This document shows, one piece after another, positions 13,171 to 26,131 of a stretch of DNA of 64,000 bases. Position numbers and translations under genes: made by a program. Source of the DNA: Octopus vulgaris (taxonomy: Eukaryota); the NCBI GenBank assembly GCA_951406725.2, contig OX597827.1:81654001-81718000 (forward strand), read 5' to 3'. The notes below the pieces were generated by a model, which worked only from the letters and a program-made list of their open reading frames with translations, was not told the DNA's origin and searched no databases. Numbering within the stretch: position 1 is the first letter of the stretch; each line of letters opens with the position of its first letter.

Positions 13171-13352
13171 AAGAGGAGGGATGGTGTGGGGAGTGGGAAG
13201 GACAAATTCAAGGATTTCTGGCAAAAATTAACATTTGGGGCAGACATTAGGGATTAAACATTTGAATTGTTATGAGCCATTAAGGCTGTGTGATTATGAG
13301 AGTTTTGTGTGTGTGTGTGTGTGTGTGTGTTTAGATCATATATAGATAGGCA

Positions 13353-13494
13353 GAGGCAGGCGTGGCTGTGTGGTAAGAAGCTTGCTTCCCAACTACGGAT
13401 TCCGGGATCAGTCACACTGCAAGTGTTTCCTACTATACCCTTCGACCGATGAAAGCCTTGTGAGTGGATTTGGTAGATGGAAACTGAAAGAAGC

Positions 13495-13536
<42 letters not shown>

Positions 13537-13760
13537 AAGATGTGTATCTTTCTATCTGTGTTTGTCAACCACCACCATTACCACTTGACAACCAGTGTTG
13601 GTGTGTTTGTGTCCCCATAACTTAGCAGTTCAACATAAGAGACCGATAGAATAGGTACCAGGCTTTAAAAATAAATACTGAGGTTGCTTCATTTGACTAA
13701 AAATTCAAGGCAGTGCCCCAGCATGGCCACAATCTAATGACTGAAAGAGGTAAAAGATAT
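13353..13760 (+). mobile_element. SINE family A
   Basis: GGCAGGCGTGGCTGTGTGGTAAGAAGCTTGCTTCCC head through to the ATGACTGAAA tail. Confidence 0.8.
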
Positions 13761-14537
13761 TTACAACCATACATATAGGGTTTCAGTCCTGGGGAAGAAC
13801 AAATCTAAGAATGGTGAGATGGTGCCATGCTGACCTACATTCAGTTGTGCTTTAGACTTGTGTTGAAGATTGAGATCTCGAGGACAAATTCTTAACATAA
13901 TCCATAGAGGGATGAATAGAATGGAAGACCAACAGTGGAGATTTTAAGACTTGAAAAATATCAACTGAAACAAAGGGGCCACAAAAATATGAAGGGAGCC
14001 CTTTTTTTTTTTAATGTGAATCAATGAAAATATGAGGGAGGCTCTCTATTAAATGTGAATTGGTAAATACTAGGTGCAACAGTAAACCAAGCATTGGTGG
14101 GGTGCTAGTAAGCTTGGGTAGGGAAGAATAGTGTTCTCGTGTATTTTTTTTGTATTTTTTTTTTTGTCAGTTACCAACATTGTTAGTACTTTGGTGTACA
14201 CAGCAGGCTTGCTGTTGAAATGGTTATGGAAAAAGGGGAATCTGAAACTTTTCGATTGCTCCCTGTACATGGCAGCCCTTTTACAAAATATGCTTCATAA
14301 CACAAGGGCTCATTCTTCTAAAATACCTGAAGTTCAGTTGTTCAAACCTTGAAGAAGTACCTGTTTGCTTCTGTCTAGTGGCCAGGACAGAGCCAACTTG
14401 ATATGTAATGGATATTTGCAGGGTGTTCTGTTGGGCAGCTACCCCATTCTAAGAAATACTCTGGCAAAAGGTGTAAAATGGGAGTAAATGGTTGGTGAGG
14501 AGTTCAACTACTTGAATGGTTTTGAATGGATGGCTTC

Positions 14538-14568
<31 letters not shown>

Positions 14569-14899
14569 ACAAACGAGAGAAACAGAAAATGGAATTCCTG
14601 GAGTTCTTCCTTAATCTTGATGATCGTTTGGACCAATCTTTCATTGGTCTCTCATGGCTGAGATTCTGGACAAATGGTTTTGGTGCATCCTTTGGTGCAT
14701 CCTTTGGTGCATCCTTTGTCTCATCAGGTCACTTTTCAAAAGGTACCTCAATCAATAAACTCGGTTTCACTTGGTTCTATTATAATTCATGCCATTATTT
14801 GCCTGTAGTTGGTTGCCCACAGGTTCTATGATCTACAATGACACGGGACGGATATTTCTTACTTTTTGCATGCAGTTAATCGGCTTAACATATCGTTAA

Positions 14900-15259
14900 T
14901 CTCTCTCTATATATAAAGCTGAAGTTGTCTGTGTGTGGCAGGTTTGGTAGCCTTCAACTAACACTATCTCCTCTGAGACCCTGCAGCGCAAGTTGACCAA
15001 AATTGAGAGTATGATAGAAGAAGGCTTGCTCTTCCTTCTGTAGAAGATAAAATTCAAATCGGACCATGTTAACACCAAAAATTATTTACATCAAAAAGGT
15101 GCTTTTCTTCTATGAAAACCCCTATTTTTTACAATTTCAACCAGAAAAATGTTCACTTAAAGAGAATAACAAGCCACATAATGCAAAATTTTTACTTTTC
15201 AAAAGTTCCAATTCTAAAGGGTCGAAATAAACCTGAGCAATGCTGGACGATACTGCTAG
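14900..15259 (+). mobile_element. Non-autonomous Helitron
   Basis: 5' TC..CTATATATAAAG start; 3' imperfect hairpin CCTGAGCAATGCTGG then CTAG|T. Confidence 0.7.
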
Positions 15260-16124
15260 TTGTAAATAAAACACAAAAGTGGGTCGAAAGTCTTGTGAAT
15301 TCCATTTTCTCTTTCTCTCATTTGTTATTTACTTGATGACCACTGAGGAATACCTGAGGTAGATCTTGTAGTGTTTATATCAAAACTGTGAATAACATCA
15401 GGTAGCCATAAACAGTGAAACTGCTTTAATCAGCAGTCTACAAGATGTATACCCAAACTTTAAATAACCACTTACATACATATAAGCATACATACATACA
15501 AATGTTTTTGCACATACACACACACACACACACACACATGCATGCATATATGCTAACATATATAATACATACATGTATATATATATACATGCATGCATAC
15601 TAACATGCGTATCATGCATGTGTGTGTGTGCTAGAAGAAATAGTGAATTTCTTTCAAATTCTTGTAACTACCTTTGGCTATTTATTTGGGAAATGAATGT
15701 AAGCATCAGATAATTTCCAGCCTTTCATGTTTCAGTTAGTCTGTGTCATAGGAACTGTACCCATCATGTACACACACACACACACACACACGTTTGTAAA
15801 AGATGTTTTAATCTATGATCCAGTCTAACACACCACTTGGTCTGTAAGTGTGTTTAGCCGAGTCGTTTGTGTTGTAGTCATTCAGGTCACGTCTCTGTAT
15901 CCGAGGATAACTTCCTCCCATCAATCACAAAGTCCCTAAAAAGTTGCTTAAGGCTCTGCTTTACCTCTTAACAGTAAATCACAAAAAAAAATTCAATAAA
16001 ATAAAACAAGGAGCCATTCTATCTCCCCCTTCAAATACAGGTTCACCAAGACATAAAGGGTCAGGTAACATTGGGTAAGAACACTTTACTGATAGTTTCT
16101 CTTGTTTGTTTTATTTTTGTTTAA

Positions 16125-16331
16125 CCTTTTCGTACTGTATTTATTTTGAGATGCTCTGTGTTTCTTTCAATTACAAAGAATTTAGTAAAATAACTTAGTT
16201 ATCATTCAGCTGGTGTTAGGAACATAAATTGTAACTAAGGTTTGGTGGAAGGTTTTAATTCAAAATTTATGAAAATAAGACATTTGTACTCAGAGCTAGA
16301 GCTGGTTTCAGCCGGGTTGGTAACGAAAGGG
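16125..16331. mobile_element. piggyBac-like MITE
   Basis: TTAA|CCTTTTCG ... CGAAAGGG|TTAA: TTAA target duplication and short TIRs. Confidence 0.7.
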
Positions 16332-16359
16332 TTAACTTGCTGTTTGTCTTTGTTCCTTT

Positions 16360-16407
16360 CCTGATGTCCCTCACACAGTTTCCTTCTTCTTCTTCTTCTT
16401 CTTTCAG
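16360..16407 (+). promoter_or_regulatory. Polypyrimidine tract and 3' splice acceptor of the protocadherin coding exon
   Basis: (TTC)n tract followed by TTTCAG|GT, AG at 16406-16407, 33 nt upstream of the ATG. Confidence 0.8.
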
Positions 16408-16440
16408 GTTTGATATTTCCCCATCACAGATATTTTAGTG

Positions 16441-18858
16441 ATGACTACATTTACATATTGGCATGTGTTGATTACGTTAGCATTAAACTTTCACCTCTTC
16501 CCTGGCTTCTTGTGTTTAGTTGATATCACTTACCATGTTGAAGAAGAACGCAATACTGGAACCTATGTCGGTGATATCGCAGCAGACTTTCTTCTTCTAA
16601 ATACATCCCCATACCAAGGTTCCCTCCAAACAACATTTAACCAACTTCAGCAGAGGAAATTTGGTTCTAATCAACTGTTCAATGTGACTACTTCAGGTAA
16701 ACTTCACACAGCTCGGATATTGGATGCTGAGCAGCTGTGCAGTCCCAAAAAGGACTGTTATACCATCGTTAAAGTTGCTGTCCGACAGGCAGACATGTTT
16801 ATGCGAATTTTAAAAGTGAAAGTAATCATAGAAGATGTTAATGACCACCATCCAGAATTCCCAGAAAGACTTGAGAATATAGTTTATTACGAAACAGATG
16901 GAATTGGAACAATCAAAACTCTACCACATGCCATTGATAGAGATGTTGGAGTTGTGAATTCAAAGATATCATATCAGTTAAGAAATAAACCTGACTTACC
17001 ATTTACATTGTCTGCAAGGAAAACCATTACTGGTAGTTCTGAACTGGGAGTCATTTTGGCAAGGAAATTAGACAGAGAGGTAAAAGATTCTTATAATATG
17101 CAAGTTATTGCCAAAGACGGAGGCTATCCATCGAAACAAGGTGTTTTAGATGTGCACATATCTGTCATAGACTTAAATGATAATTCACCAGTATTTAATA
17201 AAGATATTTATAACATCTCAGTAAGGAACACGCATCAAAGAAACAGGCCAATTGCAATGGTGTCTGCGAAAGATTTGGATTCGGGAGAAAATGGTCATGT
17301 TAGTTATTTCTTCAGTTCGGAAACACCAGAGAAAGTGAAAACTTATTTCAGACTCAATCACATGACAGGAGAGATTTTTCTACAAGAAGCTTTCAGAAGA
17401 GCTAAAAAACAAAATTATGAACTATTTATCATGGCTAAAGATGGTGGGAATCCTCCAAGAAGTTCTACAGCCATTGTTTTAGTGAATGTAATTAATGAAA
17501 GAAACAATCCTCCTGAAATTGATATCAACTTTGTTACTCAGATAAAAGAGAACACGGCAGCCATTTCTGAAGGAACCAAAGTTGGTAGTTTTATAGCTTA
17601 TGTCAGTATTATTGATAACGATACTGGACAGAATGGTGAGGTGGAATGTAAGCTAGAGCATGATAAATTCTTACTTTTAGATTTAGGATCAAATGAATTC
17701 AAAATAACTTTAAAGAAATCAGTGGACAGAGAGACACGAGATCATTATGACATTAGTATTTCTTGTGAAGACAAAGGAACTCCTTCTTTGAAGACAGAGA
17801 GGAAAATCTTCATCCAAGTAACAGACATCAACGATGGTAAACCACAATTTACCAAAGATACATTTAAATTCCTCACCTATGAGAATGGTATACCAAACTT
17901 TCCAATTGGTTTCATCAATGCCACTGATCAAGATTTAGAAGCTGGCGGTCAGTTGTCTTATAGATTAATTAGCAATAATATAAACGGTATACCGTTTCAC
18001 GTTACGGATTATGGTTTCATTTCAACGTCCATAGTTTTGGACAGGGAACAACAGGATGTCTATAAGTTCAAGGTTTTTGTCAAAGACAAGGGAACGCCAT
18101 CACTGAACAACACTGCCAATGTGGTTGTAGAGGTTTTAGATGAGAACGATAATGCCCCTTATTTTACATTTCCTAGTGTTGACCCTTTCACTCTTGATGT
18201 CCACTATCATCCCCAAAGTACCAGTGAAATCACTGTGATTAGAGCGTCTGATAGAGACAGTCATTTAAATGCCTTCCTCAAATACGGAATACTTAATGGT
18301 AACAATAAACAGTTGTTTACACTGAACTCTTTCACTGGTCAATTGTCTTTCTCACGTCCACCTCATCTCAACGATGCTGGCTCATACCAATTGGTGCTTG
18401 TGGTCAAGGATTCTGGTAGTCCAGTGTTGTCAGCCACAACTACTGTGTCTTTGAGTGTGACAGTCAGTAACAGGACATCGTCCATAATGACAGCTACTCA
18501 GTTACAGCCCGATGCAGCAATAGACTTAACGTTATTAATTATCATTGTAGTAGCAGCTGTAATAGTATCTGTGGTGATTGTAGTGTCCATCACATTGTGT
18601 ATTGTGAAATGTAACTGTGGTCAGTCTAGATCAAGGACCAGTAGGGCTGTTGACCAAACAATTGTTTGTAACAGGGAAGGGCATGAAGGGTTGGCACACA
18701 GTGCTAAAACACAAACTGGCACCAAACAACAGACAGAGGGGAGGAATAGAAACACACAGATTCTTGAACCAAAATGTGAGTTCTATCCACAATATGAATC
18801 ACAGAGTGAATGGACAACAACATTAACATCAGAGAAGAGACCTCCATCAGTTCTATTG
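16441..18858 (+). CDS. Protocadherin (cephalopod-type, 6 EC repeats + TM), large coding exon; CDS probably continues in downstream exon(s)
   Basis: 806 open codons from ATG 16441 (the ORF track starts at an upstream GTG). Hydrophobic signal peptide, EC1 with CX5C motif (CSPKKDC), cadherin motifs DVNDHHP, LDRE, DLNDNSP, VDRE, DINDGKP, DENDNAP and AxDxGxP, and TM segment LLIIIVVAAVIVSVVIVVSITLCIV. GTAAGT donor at 18859 in phase 0; read-through stop at 18922-18924. Confidence 0.95.
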
Positions 18859-18864
18859 GTAAGT
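18856..18864 (+). promoter_or_regulatory. 5' splice donor ending the protocadherin large exon
   Basis: TTG|GTAAGT is a consensus donor at a codon boundary; the sequence after it is pyrimidine-rich and intron-like. Confidence 0.8.
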
Positions 18865-19853
18865 TGCCCTTTTCTTCTACATGTTCTTACTCACCATATC
18901 TACACAATGTTCTTTCTTGATTAAATAACTGTCACTAATTCTGCATGCAACCACAGATGGTACCACAAACACTTTCATCATGGTTGGTACTACAAATTTC
19001 ATTAAATGATAATGCAAGACTGTATTACAAATAATACCAAGCATAATATCTTGAAGAAAATCTACTTTGATTTTGTTATAACAACAAAGATTTAGTTTTG
19101 AAATTCAATTTTATAATTGTCAAATATTTTATGTCTTTCTCAGCGACCAGGTTTGAGCAACACCTTTCAATATTCACGTGTGTTATCTCTATCCAAGCCC
19201 TATTATACTTGCTCAACTAAATTGGGTGTTCAAAGAAGTTGGCTTACCAGTGCTGTAATTCATAACTGCTGGCTGCATCTTTGTGTGTGTCAAGGGTTTC
19301 CATATTTGCTGGGGTTATCTCAAAATACATTTGGTGCTTATAATATTACAGTTCTGGTTTATATTTGTGGGTTACATATATGGGTGGTGGGAGGTAACCT
19401 ACAAACTGATGGAACAAAAATTTGTAGGTGCTAATTGGTTAATTATTTATATACTATCGTTATTATTTACCTTCAGTTACTTGTAAATATGGAGACTGGA
19501 GCAAATGGGAAATCACTCCAGCTGTGAGTAAGGTGAAGGATGATAGATTTATTCCTTGAGCTGCTGACTCCAAATGTTTCCATAAACAAAATCTACCCCA
19601 GTGTGTTTTGATTTGTCTCAGAAGATGTTACCTTCAAATACTTCCACTCAAAGAATGCTGGAGTTATCTCCAAGATATGAATACCAATTTCCACACAGAG
19701 CAGCAGTTTTATTTTACTGCCCTTACTCTCTGGGTCCCTTCCTCTGTATATTCTACCATCTTACCAATCAGGGTTATGATTGAGGCTATTTAGAGAGAGT
19801 CCGATTACATAGAGTTGGTGCAGTCTATTTAGGCCATGTAACAAAAATACAGT

Positions 19854-20070
19854 GGAAGTGTATGGCTTAGTGGTTAGGGGTATTGCACTCATGGTCAGAA
19901 GACTGTGGTTTCGATTCCTGGACAGGGTGATGCATTGTGTTCTTGAGTAAAACACTTCATTTCGTATTACTTCAGTTTGCTCGACTGGCAAAAATGAGGG
20001 GACCATGCAATGGACCAGTGTCCTGTGCATGGGGGAATATATAAGCCAGAGAAACTGATGAACTGGCCTA
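19854..20070 (+). mobile_element. SINE family C-related
   Basis: TGGCTTAGTGGTTAGGG...GGTTTCGATTCCTGGAC...TGTGTTCTTGAGTAAAACACTTCAT. Confidence 0.7.
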
Positions 20071-20745
20071 ATGGTCCTTGCGGAGGAATAAAAGTACAAG
20101 ATCAACATAAAAGTACAAGATCCTTACAGGTGAATGTTGACCATCCATTCTAGGTGATCCCCTTGAGTCATTACCAGGTAGTCATAAACACGGGTTCCAC
20201 AGCTTACCAATGGATATGAACTTAGGTTGGTCATTGAGTGCTCAGCATACTCAAACCTAGGTTGTTGTTTTCTGGAAGTTCTGTCTTGGTTGTGTGACTG
20301 ACCTGTGACATCTAGTGTTGAGCTGACCAATTTGTGAAAGTGGGGCATTTGGGCTCTCAACAAGTCAAGGGTAAAAACAAATGTGTTGTAGTGTTGCAGA
20401 AGTGTCAATGGAGTGTTGAAAGGGTGACAAATGAATGTCGCAATAGTGTCAGTGGAATTTTAGTATAGTGTCATAACAGTATCAAAGAAGTGCCAATGGA
20501 GTGTACAGATATACAACTGAAGTATTGGAAAAGTGTTGCAGAAGAGTTGAACAAGTGTTAGTGAAATCTTAGTGGTGTGTTTGTAAAGTGTGGTGTTGTA
20601 TTGAGGGAGTGTAGAAACAATAGTTGAAACGATAGTAAAGTAAATAATTAAATGACTCCTTCATTAGAGTTAATCAGTTGTGTTAATAGAATACCGTAGG
20701 ACACACAGACAGAAATACAGACATTTACAGAGGGTCAGTCACTGT

Positions 20746-20960
20746 TTAACCGTTTCACATTCTGATTCCTCTGACAAATATAATGCTTTATTTGTTCATG
20801 TTGTTTTGAATTAATCATGCATTATCTTGTAGCTTTGAGATTTCAACAATGTGATTGTTTATTTTTAGAATGACATTGTAGGTTGGGTGTGAGAGATCAG
20901 ATATGGCTAGTTTGAACATAAAACTGGTTGGATATGTTAATTTAAATGCAAGCAGGTTAG
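20746..20960. mobile_element. Diverged piggyBac-like MITE
   Basis: TTAACC... start and ...GGTTA end enclosing an AT-rich body; weak TIR match. Confidence 0.4.
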
Positions 20961-21249
20961 ACAGAGATGTGATTGGTTAGAAAAGCAATGGTGAACTTTG
21001 GGCAACATCAGTGCCACCTACTGGGGAACTCAAAGCATTATAATTACTATGTGTCAATATGAATATAGATGTGTGTTGATGCCTACCATAACAAAAATGG
21101 CACAAACAAATTACCGTTCTCTCTCAGTTCTTTATTTTCACTGTTTCCTGTCTTCATTCCTGCATTTTGTCTCCTTTACCTACCTACCTACCTACCAAAC
21201 TCTCTCTCTCTCTCTCTCTCTCCATCCATCCATCCATCCATCCATCCAT

Positions 21250-21284
<35 letters not shown>

Positions 21285-22501
21285 TTGCTATGTAAACTTG
21301 TTGCCTAGCTTCTCATCTGGACACTTGATATAATTCTCTGCTTCCACCATTTTTCCAGGCCTATCATTTTGCTTTTATAGTGCTGTCTACCATCTTGTTC
21401 CACTGCTATGTCACTTTTGGCCTGAGTAAGACTTTGCGCCAGCCACAGATTTGGTCTGTAGCCTTCAGTAGATTGTCTCAAAGGCACTTCCAGTTATCCT
21501 CTAAGTTACATGTCTCCAACTTCTTGTCAGAAGCTTCCATTAGAAAATCTCTAAATTTCTGCCAGTCTGCTGGGTCTTTAAATAGTAAGTCCTCTGACTG
21601 CCTCAATTACCTCATCCACCCATTTTTCTGGCATAGGTAGGCCTACACCAACCTCCATCGTTATTGCATACCTGAAAGAATTTAAACCTCTGTTTCTAAC
21701 CCATGAGGAATCTAGCAGAGTCTTCCCTCAATCTTATTTCTTTTGCACAGCACACATCTGCACTCCAGCATTTCAGAAATCTCACCAGTCCTTCCTTTCA
21801 TTGTGGTGGCCCTGAAATTGTGGACTTGGAAAGAAGAGTGGCAAGGCAGTCATGAAACTATTGTCAGCACTTGAAAAGAAGGCATACGCAAACACTTGCC
21901 AGCTGTCAAACCTAGTGAATTTACTCAATAAATTACAATTTCCTCAACCCTGTACACGTAGAGGAAGCACCAAAACAGGGAGGAAGGAAGGAAGGGGCTA
22001 GGGCTTCAGGTTGGCCAGAAGACCGAACAGGGTAGTTACATGAAAAACTTTAAATATCTATGTCTAACTAAACATTCTATATACTTCCTCTATACCTATA
22101 TACTTCCCACTTATATATACATGGATATGCATAGATATATCCAGTTCTCTACCCATGCACGTGGTGTTTGGAGGGAATATACCCAAATATATAGATATAT
22201 AAAGGACAAATGGGGGTGCATAATAAGTTGCCAGGGGAGAAAATTCATGTTTCAAGCAGTTGCAGTGGAGGAGGGAGAGAAAGTGGGTTACATAGATGAA
22301 GGCTGTCTTTAAAGTCAACTGGAATCTATTCCAATGTGTTCGTTACAATACAGAATTAAGAAAATAATTTTGTAAAATTTAACTATTATTTACCTTTAGC
22401 ACACTGTAGGTGCATCATGTTGCAGAGCAATACGATGCACCTAAGTGTGCTAAAGGTTAATACTATTAGAAGTATAAATTAAGTGCATATATACATACAT
22501 C

Positions 22502-22555
<54 letters not shown>

Positions 22556-22889
22556 GAAGGTGCATGGCTCAGTGGTTAGAGCGTTGAGCTTACGATCGTG
22601 AGGTTGTGAGTTTGATTCCCGTACCAGGCTGCATGTTGTGTTCTTGAGCAAGATACTTTATTTTACATTGCTCCAGTTAACATAGCTGTTGAAATGAGTT
22701 GCAACATCACCGGTGCCAAGCTGTGTTGGCCTTTGCCTTTCCCTTGGATAACATCAGTGGCATGGAGAGGGGAGGCTGGTATGAATGGACGACCGCTGGT
22801 CTTCCATAAACAACCTTGTCCGGACTTGTGCCATGGAGTGCAAGTTTCTAGGAGCAATCCCATACTCATTCATGACTGAAGGGGGTCTC
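22556..22889 (+). mobile_element. tRNA-derived SINE family C, full length
   Basis: TGGCTCAGTGGTTAGAGCG (A box) ... GAGTTTGATTCCC (B box-like), then TGTGTTCTTGAGCAAGA; inverse copy at 2620-2940. Confidence 0.85.
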
Positions 22890-23529
22890 CATGTGTGCAT
22901 ATATCTATAGGTATGTATGTATGTATGTATATATATATATATATAAGCCTTAAAAGTTAGGAGGTATGAAAAATAAACATATATTTACTTAATCATGTAA
23001 CATCGTTGGGATTACAGCTGTTTCACAATCCTTTTCATGTAGTATTTGTTATTGGAGCTTTCTGTGATAGCCACATGATTTCCAGATCCATATATCATAC
23101 AATAAACTTATTCATATATACATACATACATACATACCATATGCATTCACACATTCACATACATACACTCATATATAAACTATTTCCATAACAACAGCCT
23201 GAATAGACCTAATTGAGGACACAGCTCCATTTACTATACACTTTTGAAAATCTAATGTGAAACCGGTAAAGTGTATTCCTATACTTTAAAATATAGTTAA
23301 ATTCTAATTAATTCTAATATATTCTCTGTGCATTTTCAACTTTTCTTCTATTCTTCCACTTGTTTGAATTAATATCAATTTATATATATTCATATATATA
23401 TATATATATATAACATATTTATATACACACACAGGATGCAGAGACTTTCTGTAGTTGTATATAAAAGAGAAAGAATTCTCTCATTTCTTCGAACCTTATT
23501 ATCATTACCTACATATATATATATGAAGT

Positions 23530-23568
<39 letters not shown>

Positions 23569-24892
23569 TCACATGTATATCTATTTATGTGTGTATTTTG
23601 AAATGTGTATGAATAGAATTTGGTATTTGACATACATGTGACGATAAAAGAAAAAAGAGGAGAAATAACTGACAGAATGAGAGAGAGAGAGAGAGAGAGA
23701 GAGTAAAAGAGAGTGAGAGAATGAAAAAGAGGGAGAGAATGCGAGAGAGAAGAGGGAATAAGAGGGAAAGCAATGAATGTAACGATATTTAAATAGAATA
23801 TCTTTAAAATATTTAATCACTGGAAGACACAGTCACATAAGAATATAGGACTGTGTGTATGTGACAGCATATATATACATATATACATACATATATATAC
23901 ATATGCATATATAAATATATGCACACACACAATAGATGTGCCACTGTTCTCTCGTCCTTTTATCAAACAACAATGTCAGCATCCAGGTAATGTCAGAGAT
24001 AATGGTGTAAAGCTGTGTAACACTACAGGGGGTTTAGCTAGTAGTGGAGGAGGGGGAGGAGGAGTGATGGAGAGGGGGTAGTTGGTAGCAGGGGAGGGGG
24101 GCGAGTGATGGGGGATGTTTGAACATGATCACATTCTTCACACGTGTGCGGTTTACGTGTGCGTGTATTTATATATGTACACATGTATACATATATATAT
24201 ATGTGTGTGTGTATATATATATATATATATAAATATGTGTGTGTGTATATATATGTATATATATATATATGTGTGTATACACACACACATATGTCTCTCT
24301 AATTCTTTATAAATTTTGATCTTATATACAAATGTATATATACCTAAATGTGTATATGCATATATGTCTTCGTGTGTGTGTGTGTGTGAATGTGCATATA
24401 TATGTTATTTGTGAAAAATATTCCATTGAATGAATGAATCTTTGAAATTTAAGCAAATTCAGCTGGTGTGTGTGTGTGTGTGTGTGTGTGTGTTGGGGGA
24501 GATGGTATGGATTGCTGTTGTTGTTGTTGGTGGTGTTGTTGTTATGTAGTCAGCCTTTCGTTCAAAGAATTCTGCTTTGAATAACATGATGTAGATGATG
24601 CTGACAACAATAACAACAACATGAACAAAAGTAATGACAAGAACATCAACAAGAGCCCTCCTAACAACAACAACAACAACAACAATAACAAGGTGCTGTT
24701 TTATTACAGTTGTTTAGCCCTAGGAAACCTATGATGAGAAGTGAGGGTTGATAGAATAGAAATTATGGGGAAAGAGAGTGATCGGGATGGATGAATGACA
24801 GAGGAGGTAGTAATGGAAGAGAGACAGTATAGGCAGCCCTAGGGAAACGACATGAGTGTCATAATGGGAGGTGAGGTGGTAACCAAGGAAAA

Positions 24893-25120
24893 GGCAGCGA
24901 GCTGGCAGAAACGTTAGCACGCCGGGTGAAATGCTTAGCGGTATTTCATCTGCCACTACGTTCTGAGTTCAAATTCTGCTGAGGTCGACTTTGCCTTTCA
25001 TCCTTTCGGGGTCGATTAAATAAGTACCAGTTACACACTGGGGTCGATATAATCGACTTAATCCGTTTGTCCTTGTTTGTCCTCTCTGTGTTTAGCCCCT
25101 TGTGGGCAGTAAAGAAATAG
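24893..25120 (+). mobile_element. SINE family B, full length
   Basis: High similarity to 9351-9582. Confidence 0.85.
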
Positions 25121-25796
25121 GTAGTAACCAAGGGAGACAACCTGAGGGAAGAAGAAGTAATGAGAGAGAGAGAGAGTGAGTGAGTGTGTGTGATGTATGC
25201 TAACAATGAATTATAAAGGAAAGGGTTATGTGAAAGAGGATGAGTGATAGGAAGAGTCATGAATGAGAGATTGGGAAGATGAATGATGATAGAAGAAAGT
25301 GACTAATGAGTGTTAATATGAGTGATGAGGGAAGGAATATACAAGAAAGAATGTGCAATGTCTAAAAATAAAGTATGGGACTGAATCTTATGCCAGTCCT
25401 TGTATGATGGGAGAGAGAAGCAGAGTGACAAATGATGATAATGGTGTCAAATACAGATCGAGCAACATCCGAAGACACCTCCCTACCATTATCACCACCA
25501 ACACCACCGTTTTAACGTCTAACCATGGTTCCTATACTTGCAGAGGCTGCGAGGACCAGCAAGTCTCTGCATGTGGGGAATCTTTGTCATCATCTCATTG
25601 ATGACGATTATTTTTATATTAATTTTTACTTCAATTTTCATATTCTTCTTCTTACTTGTTATTTACTCTCAGTAATTTCATTTCCACATAATTACCATCA
25701 GACAATTATCATTCTTAATTATCTAAACTGATCTGGTTTAAATGATTTAAAGCTGTAACGCAGGAATCTCTACATGCATATACACATGTACACACA

Positions 25797-25832
<36 letters not shown>

Positions 25833-26131
25833 TAAATATATGTATATATATATACATAAAAATATGCATATATATATTTATGCATATACATACACAAATA
25901 CATCAAATATACATCATGCATACATACACACACACACATGTATATTTGCATGTTTTTTTCTTTGAGTTTAAGTTCTTCTTGAGAGAGTTCAAGCTGGTTG
26001 CTGACAAAATGACAAGACTTAATGAGTAAAGGGAGTTGCTCAGAGTTTGTAGAGCTGTGGTTGAGTTGGTGTGTTGCGGTTGAACTGTCGATTCATACAC
26101 CCAAGTGTGTGCATCTATTCACGTAAGAATC

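Noticed and set aside
14680-14717. 3 x 12-bp TTTGGTGCATCC repeat in a 101-aa ORF
   Set aside because: A short slippage repeat; the ORF starts in a microsatellite and has no recognisable domain.
18859-18924. C-terminal 21 codons of the 828-aa ORF as true coding sequence
   Set aside because: They follow a consensus GTAAGT donor and look intronic; kept only as a possible retained-intron isoform.
22556-22630. tRNA gene-like A/B boxes (also at other SINE heads)
   Set aside because: They continue into SINE bodies and lack a complete cloverleaf, so they are not tRNA genes.
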